From assembly GCF_000195755.1 (NCBI RefSeq), contig NC_002937.3, positions 930,001-962,000 of the forward strand: a DNA stretch of 32,000 nucleotides. Reading direction: 5' to 3'. Source of the stretch: Nitratidesulfovibrio vulgaris str. Hildenborough. Lineage in GTDB: Bacteria > Desulfobacterota > Desulfovibrionia > Desulfovibrionales > Desulfovibrionaceae. The notes beneath the pieces were generated by a model. It ran no database searches, was not told the DNA's origin, and saw only the letters and a program-made list of their open reading frames with translations. The position numbers were made by a program, and so were the translations under genes. The stretch's first letter is position 1. Each line of letters begins with the position of its first letter. Shown in pieces: positions 7,006 through 14,577 of this stretch.

Positions 7006-9282
7006 ATGGCCAGCAGAATTGGCGTCTATTTTGACCAGTCGAGCATCGGCGGCGGCCTTGATGTCGAAGCCCTGTCCGACGGCGTCTCGAAGAAGTGGGG
7101 AACGCTGACCCCCGTGGTCAAGGTGCTTCCCGTCCTCGCAGCCGAGAAGGCGCGGGACGAGATTCGCGCCGACATCGAAGAGAACGAACTTGACGGTGTC
7201 CTGCTCTGCGGTACCTCCCCCCGCGTTGACTGGGACCTCTACAAGTTCGATGGTGTCATCGTCGACCGTGTTAACCTTCGCGAACAGTGTGTCCTGTCCT
7301 ACAAGAACCCCGACGGCTCCACTGTCGAGGAAGGGGATGACGCTCCTGAACTGCTCGTCAACCTTGCCACCGACTACCTGAACATGGGTGTTGTCCGGTT
7401 GCAGAAGACGACGGCTCCTGAAGCCGCCCCTGTCGAGAGCGTGCGCCGGGTGCTGGTGCTGGGTGGTGGCTGGACGGGCCTTACGGCTGCCCGCAACGCC
7501 TCCATCGCAGGCCTTGAGGTCGTTCTCGTCGAAAAGGGTGATGTCCTTGGCGGCAAGACCCTGAACCTGCACCAGACCATCCCGCTTCATGCCCCGTATG
7601 TCGAGGCACATGCCACCGGCATCGAGCAGAAGATCGCCGACGTCGAGTCCGACGCGAACATCAAGGTGCTCAAGGGCTCTGTCCTGACCAAGCTGGCGGG
7701 CATGCCCGGCGAGTTCACCGCCATCGTCAAGACCCCCACTGGCGATGAAGAGATCGCCGTTGGTGCCGTGGTCCTTGCCACGGGCTGGCAGCCGCAGGAT
7801 GCCAAGCTGCTTGCTCCTCTTGGCTACGGCAATGTCCCCAACGTGGTGACCTCCGCCGAGTTCGAGAAAATGGTCAAGGAAGGCACCATGACCGCCCGTC
7901 GTGTTGCCTTCATCCTGAACACGTCACTGTGCGACGGCGGCGACATCTACGCTCCCTTCTGCGCTGACGAGGCCGCTCCCGCCGAAGCTGCCGCCGAGGC
8001 TCCTGCCGAAGGCGAAGAGGCTGGCCCCAAGTGCAAGGACCTCGAGAGCATCCGCCATCTGCCGTACTCCAACTCCATCAGCAGCGTGGTTGCCCTCAAG
8101 CAGGCCAACTACGTCTGTGACAAGTTCGAGGGCGCGCAGGCGTTCATCCTGTACGACAGCATGGTGGTGCAGGGTATCCACGAGCGCTACTACAAGGCCG
8201 CACAGGACCGTCTCGGCATCATGATGAGCAAGGCCGACATCCGCGAAGTCCGCGAAGGTGCCAACGGTACCGTTAGCGTGCTCTGCGACAACACGCTCAT
8301 CGGCGATGACATCCAGATCGACGTGGACATGGTGGTGCTGCCCACAGGCATCGTGCCTTCCACTGCGAAGGACGCCATCATGAACTTCGAATACCGTCAG
8401 GGCCCCGGCTTCCCGGACCTCGACCTCTTCGACGGTTTTGCCGACTCGAACTACATCTGCTTCCCCTACGAGACCCGGCGTACCGGTGTCTACGCAGCCG
8501 GTTGCGTGCGCCAGCCCATGACGCTCGATTCGTGCGAGGAAGACGCCATCGGTGCGGCCATGAAGGCCATCCAGTGCATCGAGTCCGCCAATCGCGGTGT
8601 TGCCGTGCATCCCCGTTCAGGCGACCTCTCGTACCCCATCTTCAACTTCGTGCGCTGCACCCAGTGCAAGCGCTGCACGGAAGAATGCCCCTTCGGCGCC
8701 CTTGATGACGACGAGAAGGGCACTCCGAAGCCCAACTACAGCCGCTGCCGCCGTTGCGGTACCTGCATGGGTGCCTGCCCCGAGCGCGTCATCTCCTTCG
8801 CCAACTACAACATCGACCAGATCGGTTCGATGATCCGCGAAGTGAACGTCCCCGCAGACATGAAGAAGGGTGGCCCCCGCGTCATCATCCTCGCCTGCGA
8901 GAACGACGCCTACCCCGCGCTCGACATGGCCGCTCTCCGTGGCAAGCCGTGGAGCCCCTATGTCCGCATCATCCCCGTCCGCTGCCTTGGTTCGGTCAAC
9001 GCCATATGGGTTGCCGACGCCATGTCGAAGGGTATCGACGGTGTCATGATGCTGGGCTGCAAGTACGGTGACGACTACCAGTGCCACTTCGTCAAGGGCT
9101 CTGAAATCTGCAACCGCCGCAAGGAGAACATCGCCGAGACGCTGAACCGCCTTGGCGTGGAACCCGACCGTGTGGAGCAGTACGAAGTCGCCATCGACGA
9201 GTACGACAAGCTGCCGGGCATGATCGAAGGCTTCATGAACATGATCTTCGAGAAGGGTCCGAACCCGTTCAAGGGCTACTAG
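7006..9282 (+). CDS. qmoB: Quinone-interacting membrane-bound oxidoreductase subunit B (HdrA-like, with ferredoxin and MvhD-like domains)
   Basis: 758 aa. Second FAD fold VLVLGGGWTGLTAARNASIAGLEVVLVEK. Two ferredoxin-type clusters: CTQCKRCTEECP and CRRCGTCMGACP. C-terminal MvhD-like segment ILACENDAYPALD..RCLGSV. Starts 7 nt after qmoA ends. Confidence 0.93.
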   Translation: MASRIGVYFDQSSIGGGLDVEALSDGVSKKWGTLTPVVKVLPVLAAEKARDEIRADIEENELDGVLLCGTSPRVDWDLYKFDGVIVDRVNLREQCVLSYKNPDGSTVEEGDDAPELLVNLATDYLNMGVVRLQKTTAPEAAPVESVRRVLVLGGGWTGLTAARNASIAGLEVVLVEKGDVLGGKTLNLHQTIPLHAPYVEAHATGIEQKIADVESDANIKVLKGSVLTKLAGMPGEFTAIVKTPTGDEEIAVGAVVLATGWQPQDAKLLAPLGYGNVPNVVTSAEFEKMVKEGTMTARRVAFILNTSLCDGGDIYAPFCADEAAPAEAAAEAPAEGEEAGPKCKDLESIRHLPYSNSISSVVALKQANYVCDKFEGAQAFILYDSMVVQGIHERYYKAAQDRLGIMMSKADIREVREGANGTVSVLCDNTLIGDDIQIDVDMVVLPTGIVPSTAKDAIMNFEYRQGPGFPDLDLFDGFADSNYICFPYETRRTGVYAAGCVRQPMTLDSCEEDAIGAAMKAIQCIESANRGVAVHPRSGDLSYPIFNFVRCTQCKRCTEECPFGALDDDEKGTPKPNYSRCRRCGTCMGACPERVISFANYNIDQIGSMIREVNVPADMKKGGPRVIILACENDAYPALDMAALRGKPWSPYVRIIPVRCLGSVNAIWVADAMSKGIDGVMMLGCKYGDDYQCHFVKGSEICNRRKENIAETLNRLGVEPDRVEQYEVAIDEYDKLPGMIEGFMNMIFEKGPNPFKGY

Positions 9283-9295
9283 GAGGAGATGGAAC

Positions 9296-10450
9296 ATGGC
9301 TCAATCCGTCAGGATTCAACCCGATCTTGAGTTCGTCAAAGAACTGCAGGCCGTCGGTGGGGAGTCGCTCAAGAAGTGCTATCAGTGCGCTACCTGCAGT
9401 GTCGCCTGCCCCATCTCCCCGGCAAGCAACCCCTATCCCCGTAAGGAGATGGTCTGGGCCTCTTGGGGTCTGAAGGACCGTCTGCTGAACGACCCCGACA
9501 TCTGGCTGTGCCACAACTGCGGAACCTGTTCCGACCTGTGCCCCCGTGGCGCCAAGCCCGGCGACCTGTTGGCCGCACTTCGCAACATGGCCTACCAGCG
9601 CCTGACCCAGCCCGCTGTCGTGGCCAAGTGGCTCACTTCGTCCAAGTACCTGCCCATCCTCTTCGGTATCCCCGCAGTCCTCTGGGCGGTCATCTGGATG
9701 ATCATGGCGGGCGTCAACGGGTCTGCCATCCCGCAGGGCGAAATCGTCTTCGGCAAGCTGTTCCCCGGCGACTACACCGTAGACCCCATCTTCATCCTCA
9801 CCTTCTTCTCGATGGTCGCCATCATGTGGAAGGGAACAGTGAAGCTGCTTGCGTCGTTCAAGCCTGAAGGCACGACGTTGATGCTTGGCAAGACCAAGCA
9901 CTGGGTGCTGCATCTTGTGGACGTCATCCTCGAAGAGGTCATGACGCACAAGAAGTTCAAGGATTGCGGCGATGACAAGTCAGACCGCAAGGTCGGTCAC
10001 CTTGGCGTCTTCTACGGCTTCGTCTTCCTCGCCATCGTCACCGCCATCGTCGCCGCCGGTCACTGGGGTGGCAAGGTGTTCCCGGCCATTGCCCTGCATA
10101 CGCCGATGCCCCTGCTGTTCCCCGTCAAGATACTCGCCAACATCGGTGCCGTCCTCCTGCTCGGCGGTCTGGCTCTGCTGACCATCCGCCGTCGCAGCCT
10201 CGACCCCAAGAAGTCCTCGTCGAACTACTACGACTGGTATCTTCTCGGAGTCATCTGGGCTGTCGCCGTCACCGGCGTCCTGAGCCAGCTGTTCCGCCTT
10301 GCGGGCATCGCTCCGGTTGCCTACTTCGTCTACTACCTGCACCTCGTGGTGGTCTGGATGCTGTTCGCGTACCTGCCCTGGTCCAAGCTCGGGCACCTTG
10401 TGTACCGTACCGCCGCCATCACCTATGTGCGCGCAATGGGTCGTCGTTAG
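9296..10450 (+). CDS. qmoC: Quinone-interacting membrane-bound oxidoreductase subunit C (HdrC-like FeS domain fused to an HdrE/NarI-like membrane cytochrome b)
   Basis: 384 aa. CYQCATCSVACP and CHNCGTCSDLCP motifs, followed by several hydrophobic helices containing conserved histidines. Confidence 0.93.
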   Translation: MAQSVRIQPDLEFVKELQAVGGESLKKCYQCATCSVACPISPASNPYPRKEMVWASWGLKDRLLNDPDIWLCHNCGTCSDLCPRGAKPGDLLAALRNMAYQRLTQPAVVAKWLTSSKYLPILFGIPAVLWAVIWMIMAGVNGSAIPQGEIVFGKLFPGDYTVDPIFILTFFSMVAIMWKGTVKLLASFKPEGTTLMLGKTKHWVLHLVDVILEEVMTHKKFKDCGDDKSDRKVGHLGVFYGFVFLAIVTAIVAAGHWGGKVFPAIALHTPMPLLFPVKILANIGAVLLLGGLALLTIRRRSLDPKKSSSNYYDWYLLGVIWAVAVTGVLSQLFRLAGIAPVAYFVYYLHLVVVWMLFAYLPWSKLGHLVYRTAAITYVRAMGRR

Positions 10451-10460
10451 CAGAACACCG

Positions 10461-10484
10461 GTCGGCGCGCTGCGGCGCGCCGAC
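10461..10484 (+). other. Perfect 10-bp GC hairpin just after the qmoC stop, with no U-tract
   Basis: gtcggcgcgc (10461-10470), loop tgcg, gcgcgccgac (10475-10484). It is followed by atcagg, so it is unlikely to be a strong intrinsic terminator. It may be an mRNA stabiliser, processing site or partial attenuator ahead of the next gene. Confidence 0.4.
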
Positions 10485-10539
10485 ATCAGGACGCAAACCG
10501 AGAATGCAACTTTCTCCGAAAGAGAATCAGGAGGCCGAA

Positions 10540-11286
10540 ATGTCTGACGAAGGTCGTAGAATGTTCAAAATGGATGCCGTTCTGGGCCTCATCGCCGGAA
10601 AGAACGGGGCTGCCGTGTCCGATCTTCTTGGCTACCTTGCCCAGCGTGACCTCGCCGCCGAGGACGAAGCCGCTGTGGCACCCATCGCCAAGGGGTGGCT
10701 GTTCAGCCAGCATCCTCCGTTCATGCAGTGCGCCTACAGCGAAGTCGGCAGCTACGAAGACTGGGTGAAGAAGGAATGTGGCCGTCTCGGCGACAACGTA
10801 TCGCTTCAGCCCATCCCCGCTGCTGAACTCGCCGCCATCAACGGTGTTCTTGACCGTATCGCCGAATACAAGGCGACCATCGCCGCACAGGCCGGTGAAA
10901 TCGAAGGCCTCAAGGGCCAGGTGAAGGAACTGACCCCGTTCAAGGGACAGGCTGCCGACCTTGAGAAGAAGCTCGCCCAGAGCGAACAGAAGGTGCAGGG
11001 CCTCAATGGCGACATCGGCAACCTTCGCAAGGAGCTTGCTCCCTTCCAGGGTAAGGTCGCCATCGACGAGAAGGAAATCGAAAGCAGCGTGAAGGACATC
11101 GTCTCCCGCGCCGTGAAGGATGCCCTCAAGAACCTGCCCGTCGCCGCTGCAGGTGCAGCAGCTGTTGCGGGTGATGCTGCCGCTGAACCTGCCGGCTTTG
11201 AAGAGTCGTCCTCTTCCGACGGTGGCGTGCCCGATACCTTCGGTTTCGGTGCCAGCGGTGCCAGCGACGACGGCTTCGGCTTCTAG
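10540..11286 (+). CDS. Conserved hypothetical coiled-coil protein with an acidic FG-repeat C-terminus; promoter-distal gene of the qmo operon
   Basis: The ORF track starts at 10504, but AGGAGG sits 6 nt before the ATG at 10540 (MSDEGRRMFKMD..). The central region is heptad-rich and contains a repeated EL(T/A)PF(K/Q)G motif. The tail reads ..EESSSSDGGVPDTFGFGASGASDDGFGF. A strong terminator follows. From memory, this corresponds to the hypothetical gene downstream of qmoC in D. vulgaris. Confidence 0.8.
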   Translation: MSDEGRRMFKMDAVLGLIAGKNGAAVSDLLGYLAQRDLAAEDEAAVAPIAKGWLFSQHPPFMQCAYSEVGSYEDWVKKECGRLGDNVSLQPIPAAELAAINGVLDRIAEYKATIAAQAGEIEGLKGQVKELTPFKGQAADLEKKLAQSEQKVQGLNGDIGNLRKELAPFQGKVAIDEKEIESSVKDIVSRAVKDALKNLPVAAAGAAAVAGDAAAEPAGFEESSSSDGGVPDTFGFGASGASDDGFGF

Positions 11287-11310
11287 TCGCCCCCGTCTTC
11301 ATGCCATCAG

Positions 11311-11337
11311 GGCCCGACCATCCGGTCGGGCCTTTTT
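11311..11337 (+). terminator. Intrinsic terminator ending the apr/qmo transcription unit
   Basis: 9-bp stem, ggcccgacc (11311-11319) with ggtcgggcc (11324-11332), loop atcc, then TTTTT (11333-11337). Confidence 0.75.
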
Positions 11338-11499
11338 CATTTCAGCCCTTGTCCAGTTAATGAAGCCTGACTGCGGGGACAATGCGCTGAAGGCGTGGTG
11401 GTGGGGATTCTGATCAGGAGTATATTCTCATCAGGTTCACATGACCTGCGAATTTGGCTAATAGTAGTAGCATACACTATTGCCGACAGGTTGGCTGCC

Positions 11500-12297
11500 A
11501 TGAAACTCAGGCACTGTCTTATCATCGTGTTCGCATGTTGTGCCGCTCTCTGGTCCGAGTCGCCCTCGATAGCCGATGACGCTGTGCGAACGTCTCTGGC
11601 AGGACTGGAGTGGCACGTCGTCACAGACGTCTGGCCGCCCTTTCGCATCGAGCAGGAAACGGGGCTTGTGGGCATCGATGTGGATATCCTGAAGGCGCTG
11701 AGCACCAGCCTTGGACTACGTCTGCGGATTTCACGGGCACCATGGGGCAGGTGTCTGAAGATGCTCGAGACGGGAGCTGCGGACGCCATGATCGGCTTGG
11801 CGAAAAGCGCTGAACGCGAAGTGTACATCAGGTACGTGCCGACGAGTTATTATACCTGCTCGCCCCGGTTCTACATTCTGGCCGGCGCAAGGCGCGCAGT
11901 CTTGACCTATGATGACCTCGAAGGGATGCGGGTGGGCTATGTCGCCCAGTCTCGTTACTTCGAGCCGTTCGACAGCGATACGAAGTTGCAGAAGTATGCG
12001 GTGCCGACAGAAAGGCAACTGCTGGAATTGCTTCTGGCAGGACGTGTGGATGTCATGGTGGGCACGGACTGTCAGGTCGACTACGAACTGGCAGAGGCTG
12101 GATTGCTGGAGAGAGTGGTCGTCGCGCCATACCGGCCTGATGCCCATACCCGATTGTATCTGGGCTTTTCCAGAAAATCCCGGTTTGTGCCACGGATTGC
12201 ATTATTCGATGATGCGATGCGCGACCTGCTTGAGAAGGGGGCGCTGAAGCAGATTCGCGCAAGCTACCTGCCCGATTCGAGTGTGTCCGGGCGTTGA
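11500..12297 (+). CDS. Periplasmic solute-binding protein, family 3 (amino-acid-ABC-type SBP), orphan
   Basis: The ORF-track N-terminus is trimmed to MKLRHCLIIVFACCAALWSESPSIADD, a signal peptide starting at ATG 11500. The body has typical SBP_bac_3 features: W.PF....E.G...G.DVDILKAL...LG, IGLAKSAERE, GYV.. No permease or ATPase gene is adjacent. Confidence 0.75.
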   Translation: MKLRHCLIIVFACCAALWSESPSIADDAVRTSLAGLEWHVVTDVWPPFRIEQETGLVGIDVDILKALSTSLGLRLRISRAPWGRCLKMLETGAADAMIGLAKSAEREVYIRYVPTSYYTCSPRFYILAGARRAVLTYDDLEGMRVGYVAQSRYFEPFDSDTKLQKYAVPTERQLLELLLAGRVDVMVGTDCQVDYELAEAGLLERVVVAPYRPDAHTRLYLGFSRKSRFVPRIALFDDAMRDLLEKGALKQIRASYLPDSSVSGR

Positions 12298-12352
12298 ATC
12301 CGGGCTGACGGGGCAGCGCGAACCTGTATTGCATCACCCGTGTCTGCCCTGT

Positions 12353-13624
12353 TCAGCCCTTGATCACCACAACCGGTCTGAAGTGGTCGACCACATCCAC
12401 GAGTAGGCCGTCCTGTGCGGCAAGAACCGGGGCAATGGGTTTGTAGGCGTCAGGGGCCTCGTCGAGAACTCCCTTGTCTGTGCGGCAGAGAATGCCGTGC
12501 ATCTGCCGCTCGAATGTCATTTGCTCGATATGGGCGCGCGCCTTCTGTCGCGACATGACCCGTCCTGCGCCGTGTGAAGCCGACGAAAGATAGTACGCGT
12601 TGCCGAGGCCTCGCGTGATGTATACGCCGTCACGCTGATTGGCGGGGATGATGCCCGGTTGTCCCGACGCGGCGGGGGTCGCACCTTTGCGATGCAGTAC
12701 GTTTGCGCCATCGACCTCGGCGTGGTTGTGGTTCTCGTTGATTGTAGATGCCAGCAGGTGCGAGATGGTGGCTTCGTCCAGCGATGGAAAGGCCTTGAGG
12801 ACAAGTGCGAGCATGGCACGCCTGTTGGCCAGCGCGTACTCCTGCGCCCATTGCATATCCTTGAGGTAAGCCTGCCCCATAGGAGTACGCAGCGCGAAGA
12901 GGCGTCCTTGCCGCATGTACCACGCTGCTATGTCCCATCCCGGACGGCGTGAGCCGGAATGCAGCGTGATGCCGACTTCGCTTCGGCTGTTGACCCCCAC
13001 CTCGATGAAATGATTGCCTCCACCGAGGGTCGCCATCTGGCGCGCGGCCTTCGCCACCACACTTGCCGTCAGCCCCTTGTCGCCGGATGCTGAAAGGAAG
13101 CGCGGAGCATCGAACTCTCCGGGCCCTCGCATATCGGTTCCCACGGGGATATCGTGCAGGATGCGATCGAACAGTCGCTGACGCGACAACGCGTCGGGCA
13201 GCAGTTCGTCGACTGTGCGACCTGTGTTGACGTGGCACATGCCGCAACCGATGTCGTAGCCGACGAAGCCCGGACTGATGGTGCCTGCGAGAAGGGCGAC
13301 TCCGCCGATGCACAGGTCGTATCCTGCATGGACATCGGGCATGATGGCGAGCCTGACGAGACAGTCGAGGGAGAGGACGTTCTCTATCTGTTCCCACGCC
13401 TTGTCGTCGATGGCGTCAGGGGGGAGCGTGAGAGCGAGCCTTGTATCCTTGGCCGCATCACGGGTTTGGCGCGGTGACGCCGTACCGGCTGGTTCAGGGC
13501 GGTCTTCGCCCGTCCTGTTCTGGCCTCGTCTGTTCATGCCATGCCGATTCATGGGTGCATGATAAGGGCGTTTCGCATCCGTGTCACCCGACCCCGTACA
13601 TTGCCCGCCGAGTTGTCTCTTCAT
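12353..13624 (-). CDS. rtcB: RtcB-family RNA 3'-phosphate ligase with a basic N-terminal extension
   Basis: 423 aa. RtcB signature blocks are present: MPDVHAGYD, GYDIGCGM, GGGNHFIE, HSGSRRPG, NENHNHA, HRKGATPA, SSASHGAGR. The first 60 aa or so (..NRHGMNRRGQNRTGEDRPEP..) are Arg-rich and low-complexity. No start candidate (13624, 13552, 13537) has a clear Shine-Dalgarno site, so the start is uncertain. Confidence 0.85.
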   Translation of the reverse strand: MKRQLGGQCTGSGDTDAKRPYHAPMNRHGMNRRGQNRTGEDRPEPAGTASPRQTRDAAKDTRLALTLPPDAIDDKAWEQIENVLSLDCLVRLAIMPDVHAGYDLCIGGVALLAGTISPGFVGYDIGCGMCHVNTGRTVDELLPDALSRQRLFDRILHDIPVGTDMRGPGEFDAPRFLSASGDKGLTASVVAKAARQMATLGGGNHFIEVGVNSRSEVGITLHSGSRRPGWDIAAWYMRQGRLFALRTPMGQAYLKDMQWAQEYALANRRAMLALVLKAFPSLDEATISHLLASTINENHNHAEVDGANVLHRKGATPAASGQPGIIPANQRDGVYITRGLGNAYYLSSASHGAGRVMSRQKARAHIEQMTFERQMHGILCRTDKGVLDEAPDAYKPIAPVLAAQDGLLVDVVDHFRPVVVIKG

Positions 13625-13974
13625 GGCGAGGACGACTATGGTTGGCTTCGGAACATGAGACGATTGCGCGGATAGTGGCAGGGCGGGGCGTTCCCCTCGA
13701 AACCGCGCGTCGGTGCGAGGGTGCGATAACGCGCTACACCGGGGTGTGGGGCCAAAGCCATGAGGCGACTTCGCGAGTACGGTGACCGTCGGCTGTTACC
13801 AGCTTTGAACAGGCCCTAATGACCCGGAATAGTGATGCAAAGAGGCTCACTGTCGTTGCGGCTGTCCGGTGCGCCGCAGGCACGTTGAGGTGTACCCGTG
13901 AAGAGGGGGCTGTCAGGGAAGGCTGGTGGCGGGCATTCCGCCTTTCCAGCGAACAATGAGGGGCTATCACGTCA

Positions 13975-14005
13975 AGACGCCCCACGGTGGTGCCGCGGGG
14001 CGTCT
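13975..14005 (-). terminator. Hairpin downstream of ahbA; possible operon terminator lacking a U-tract
   Basis: 9-bp stem agacgcccc / ggggcgtct around a 13-nt loop, about 33 nt after the ahbA stop. There is no T-run on the minus strand. Confidence 0.3.
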
Positions 14006-14037
14006 CGTTCATAAGGCGCGTCGTTGGTGGATGCTGG

Positions 14038-14568
14038 CTAATCCATCCTGAAGTCCACACGAATCTTGTAAAGCTTCGTGGCAGGCAGGTTGAGAATGGG
14101 GATGCCCGTGCGTTCGGTGATGCCGTCAAGCAGCGAGCATACCTGCTCCCACGAAGGGCAGATGCAGGTGAACCAGATGTTGTATTCGTGATTCCGCAGG
14201 TAGTTGTGCGTGACGTTCACGTGCCTGTTGACCTCGGCCACGAAGGCGTCGATGCGGTCTTCGGGCACCTTGGCGGCGCAGAGTGTGGAACGGAACCCCA
14301 GCTTCCATGAATCGAAGTTGGCTCCCAGACGGCGGATGACCTTGCGTTCGCGCAGGGCGCGAACGCGCGCCAGCGCTTCGCATTCCGTGATGCCAAGCGT
14401 CTCGCCCAGAACGGCGTAGGGTCTGGGCTCAATGGGAAATCCCGTCTGGATGATGTCGAGCAACCGGCGGTCGACGGCGTCCATCATGTCGGTGGAGGCT
14501 TTCCCTGCGCCGTGGTGACCTGCCGCCGTCCCGGACGGGTGACAGCATGCGTTGTGCGCTTCCGTCAT
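14038..14568 (-). CDS. ahbA: Siroheme decarboxylase subunit (AhbA/AhbB, NirD/L/G/H-like, AsnC-type fold)
   Basis: 176 aa. The pattern RRLLDIIQTGFPIEPRPYAVLGETLGITECEALARVRALRERKVIRRLGANFD...VTHNYLR is typical of the NirDL/Ahb decarboxylase family. AGGAGAAGG lies just upstream of the ATG at 14568. The A-versus-B assignment is from memory of the D. vulgaris ahb literature. Confidence 0.8.
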   Translation of the reverse strand: MTEAHNACCHPSGTAAGHHGAGKASTDMMDAVDRRLLDIIQTGFPIEPRPYAVLGETLGITECEALARVRALRERKVIRRLGANFDSWKLGFRSTLCAAKVPEDRIDAFVAEVNRHVNVTHNYLRNHEYNIWFTCICPSWEQVCSLLDGITERTGIPILNLPATKLYKIRVDFRMD

Positions 14569-14577
14569 GGCCTTCTC

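Noticed and set aside
13786-13930. Local resemblance to SRP (4.5S) RNA elements: ctgttaccag, and gtcagg..gaagg.
   Set aside because: - The conserved domain IV core (GGUCAGGUCCGGAAGGAAGCAGCC and its symmetric-loop partner) is not present.
- The pieces are about 110 nt apart and do not form the expected long helix.
- It is most likely chance similarity.
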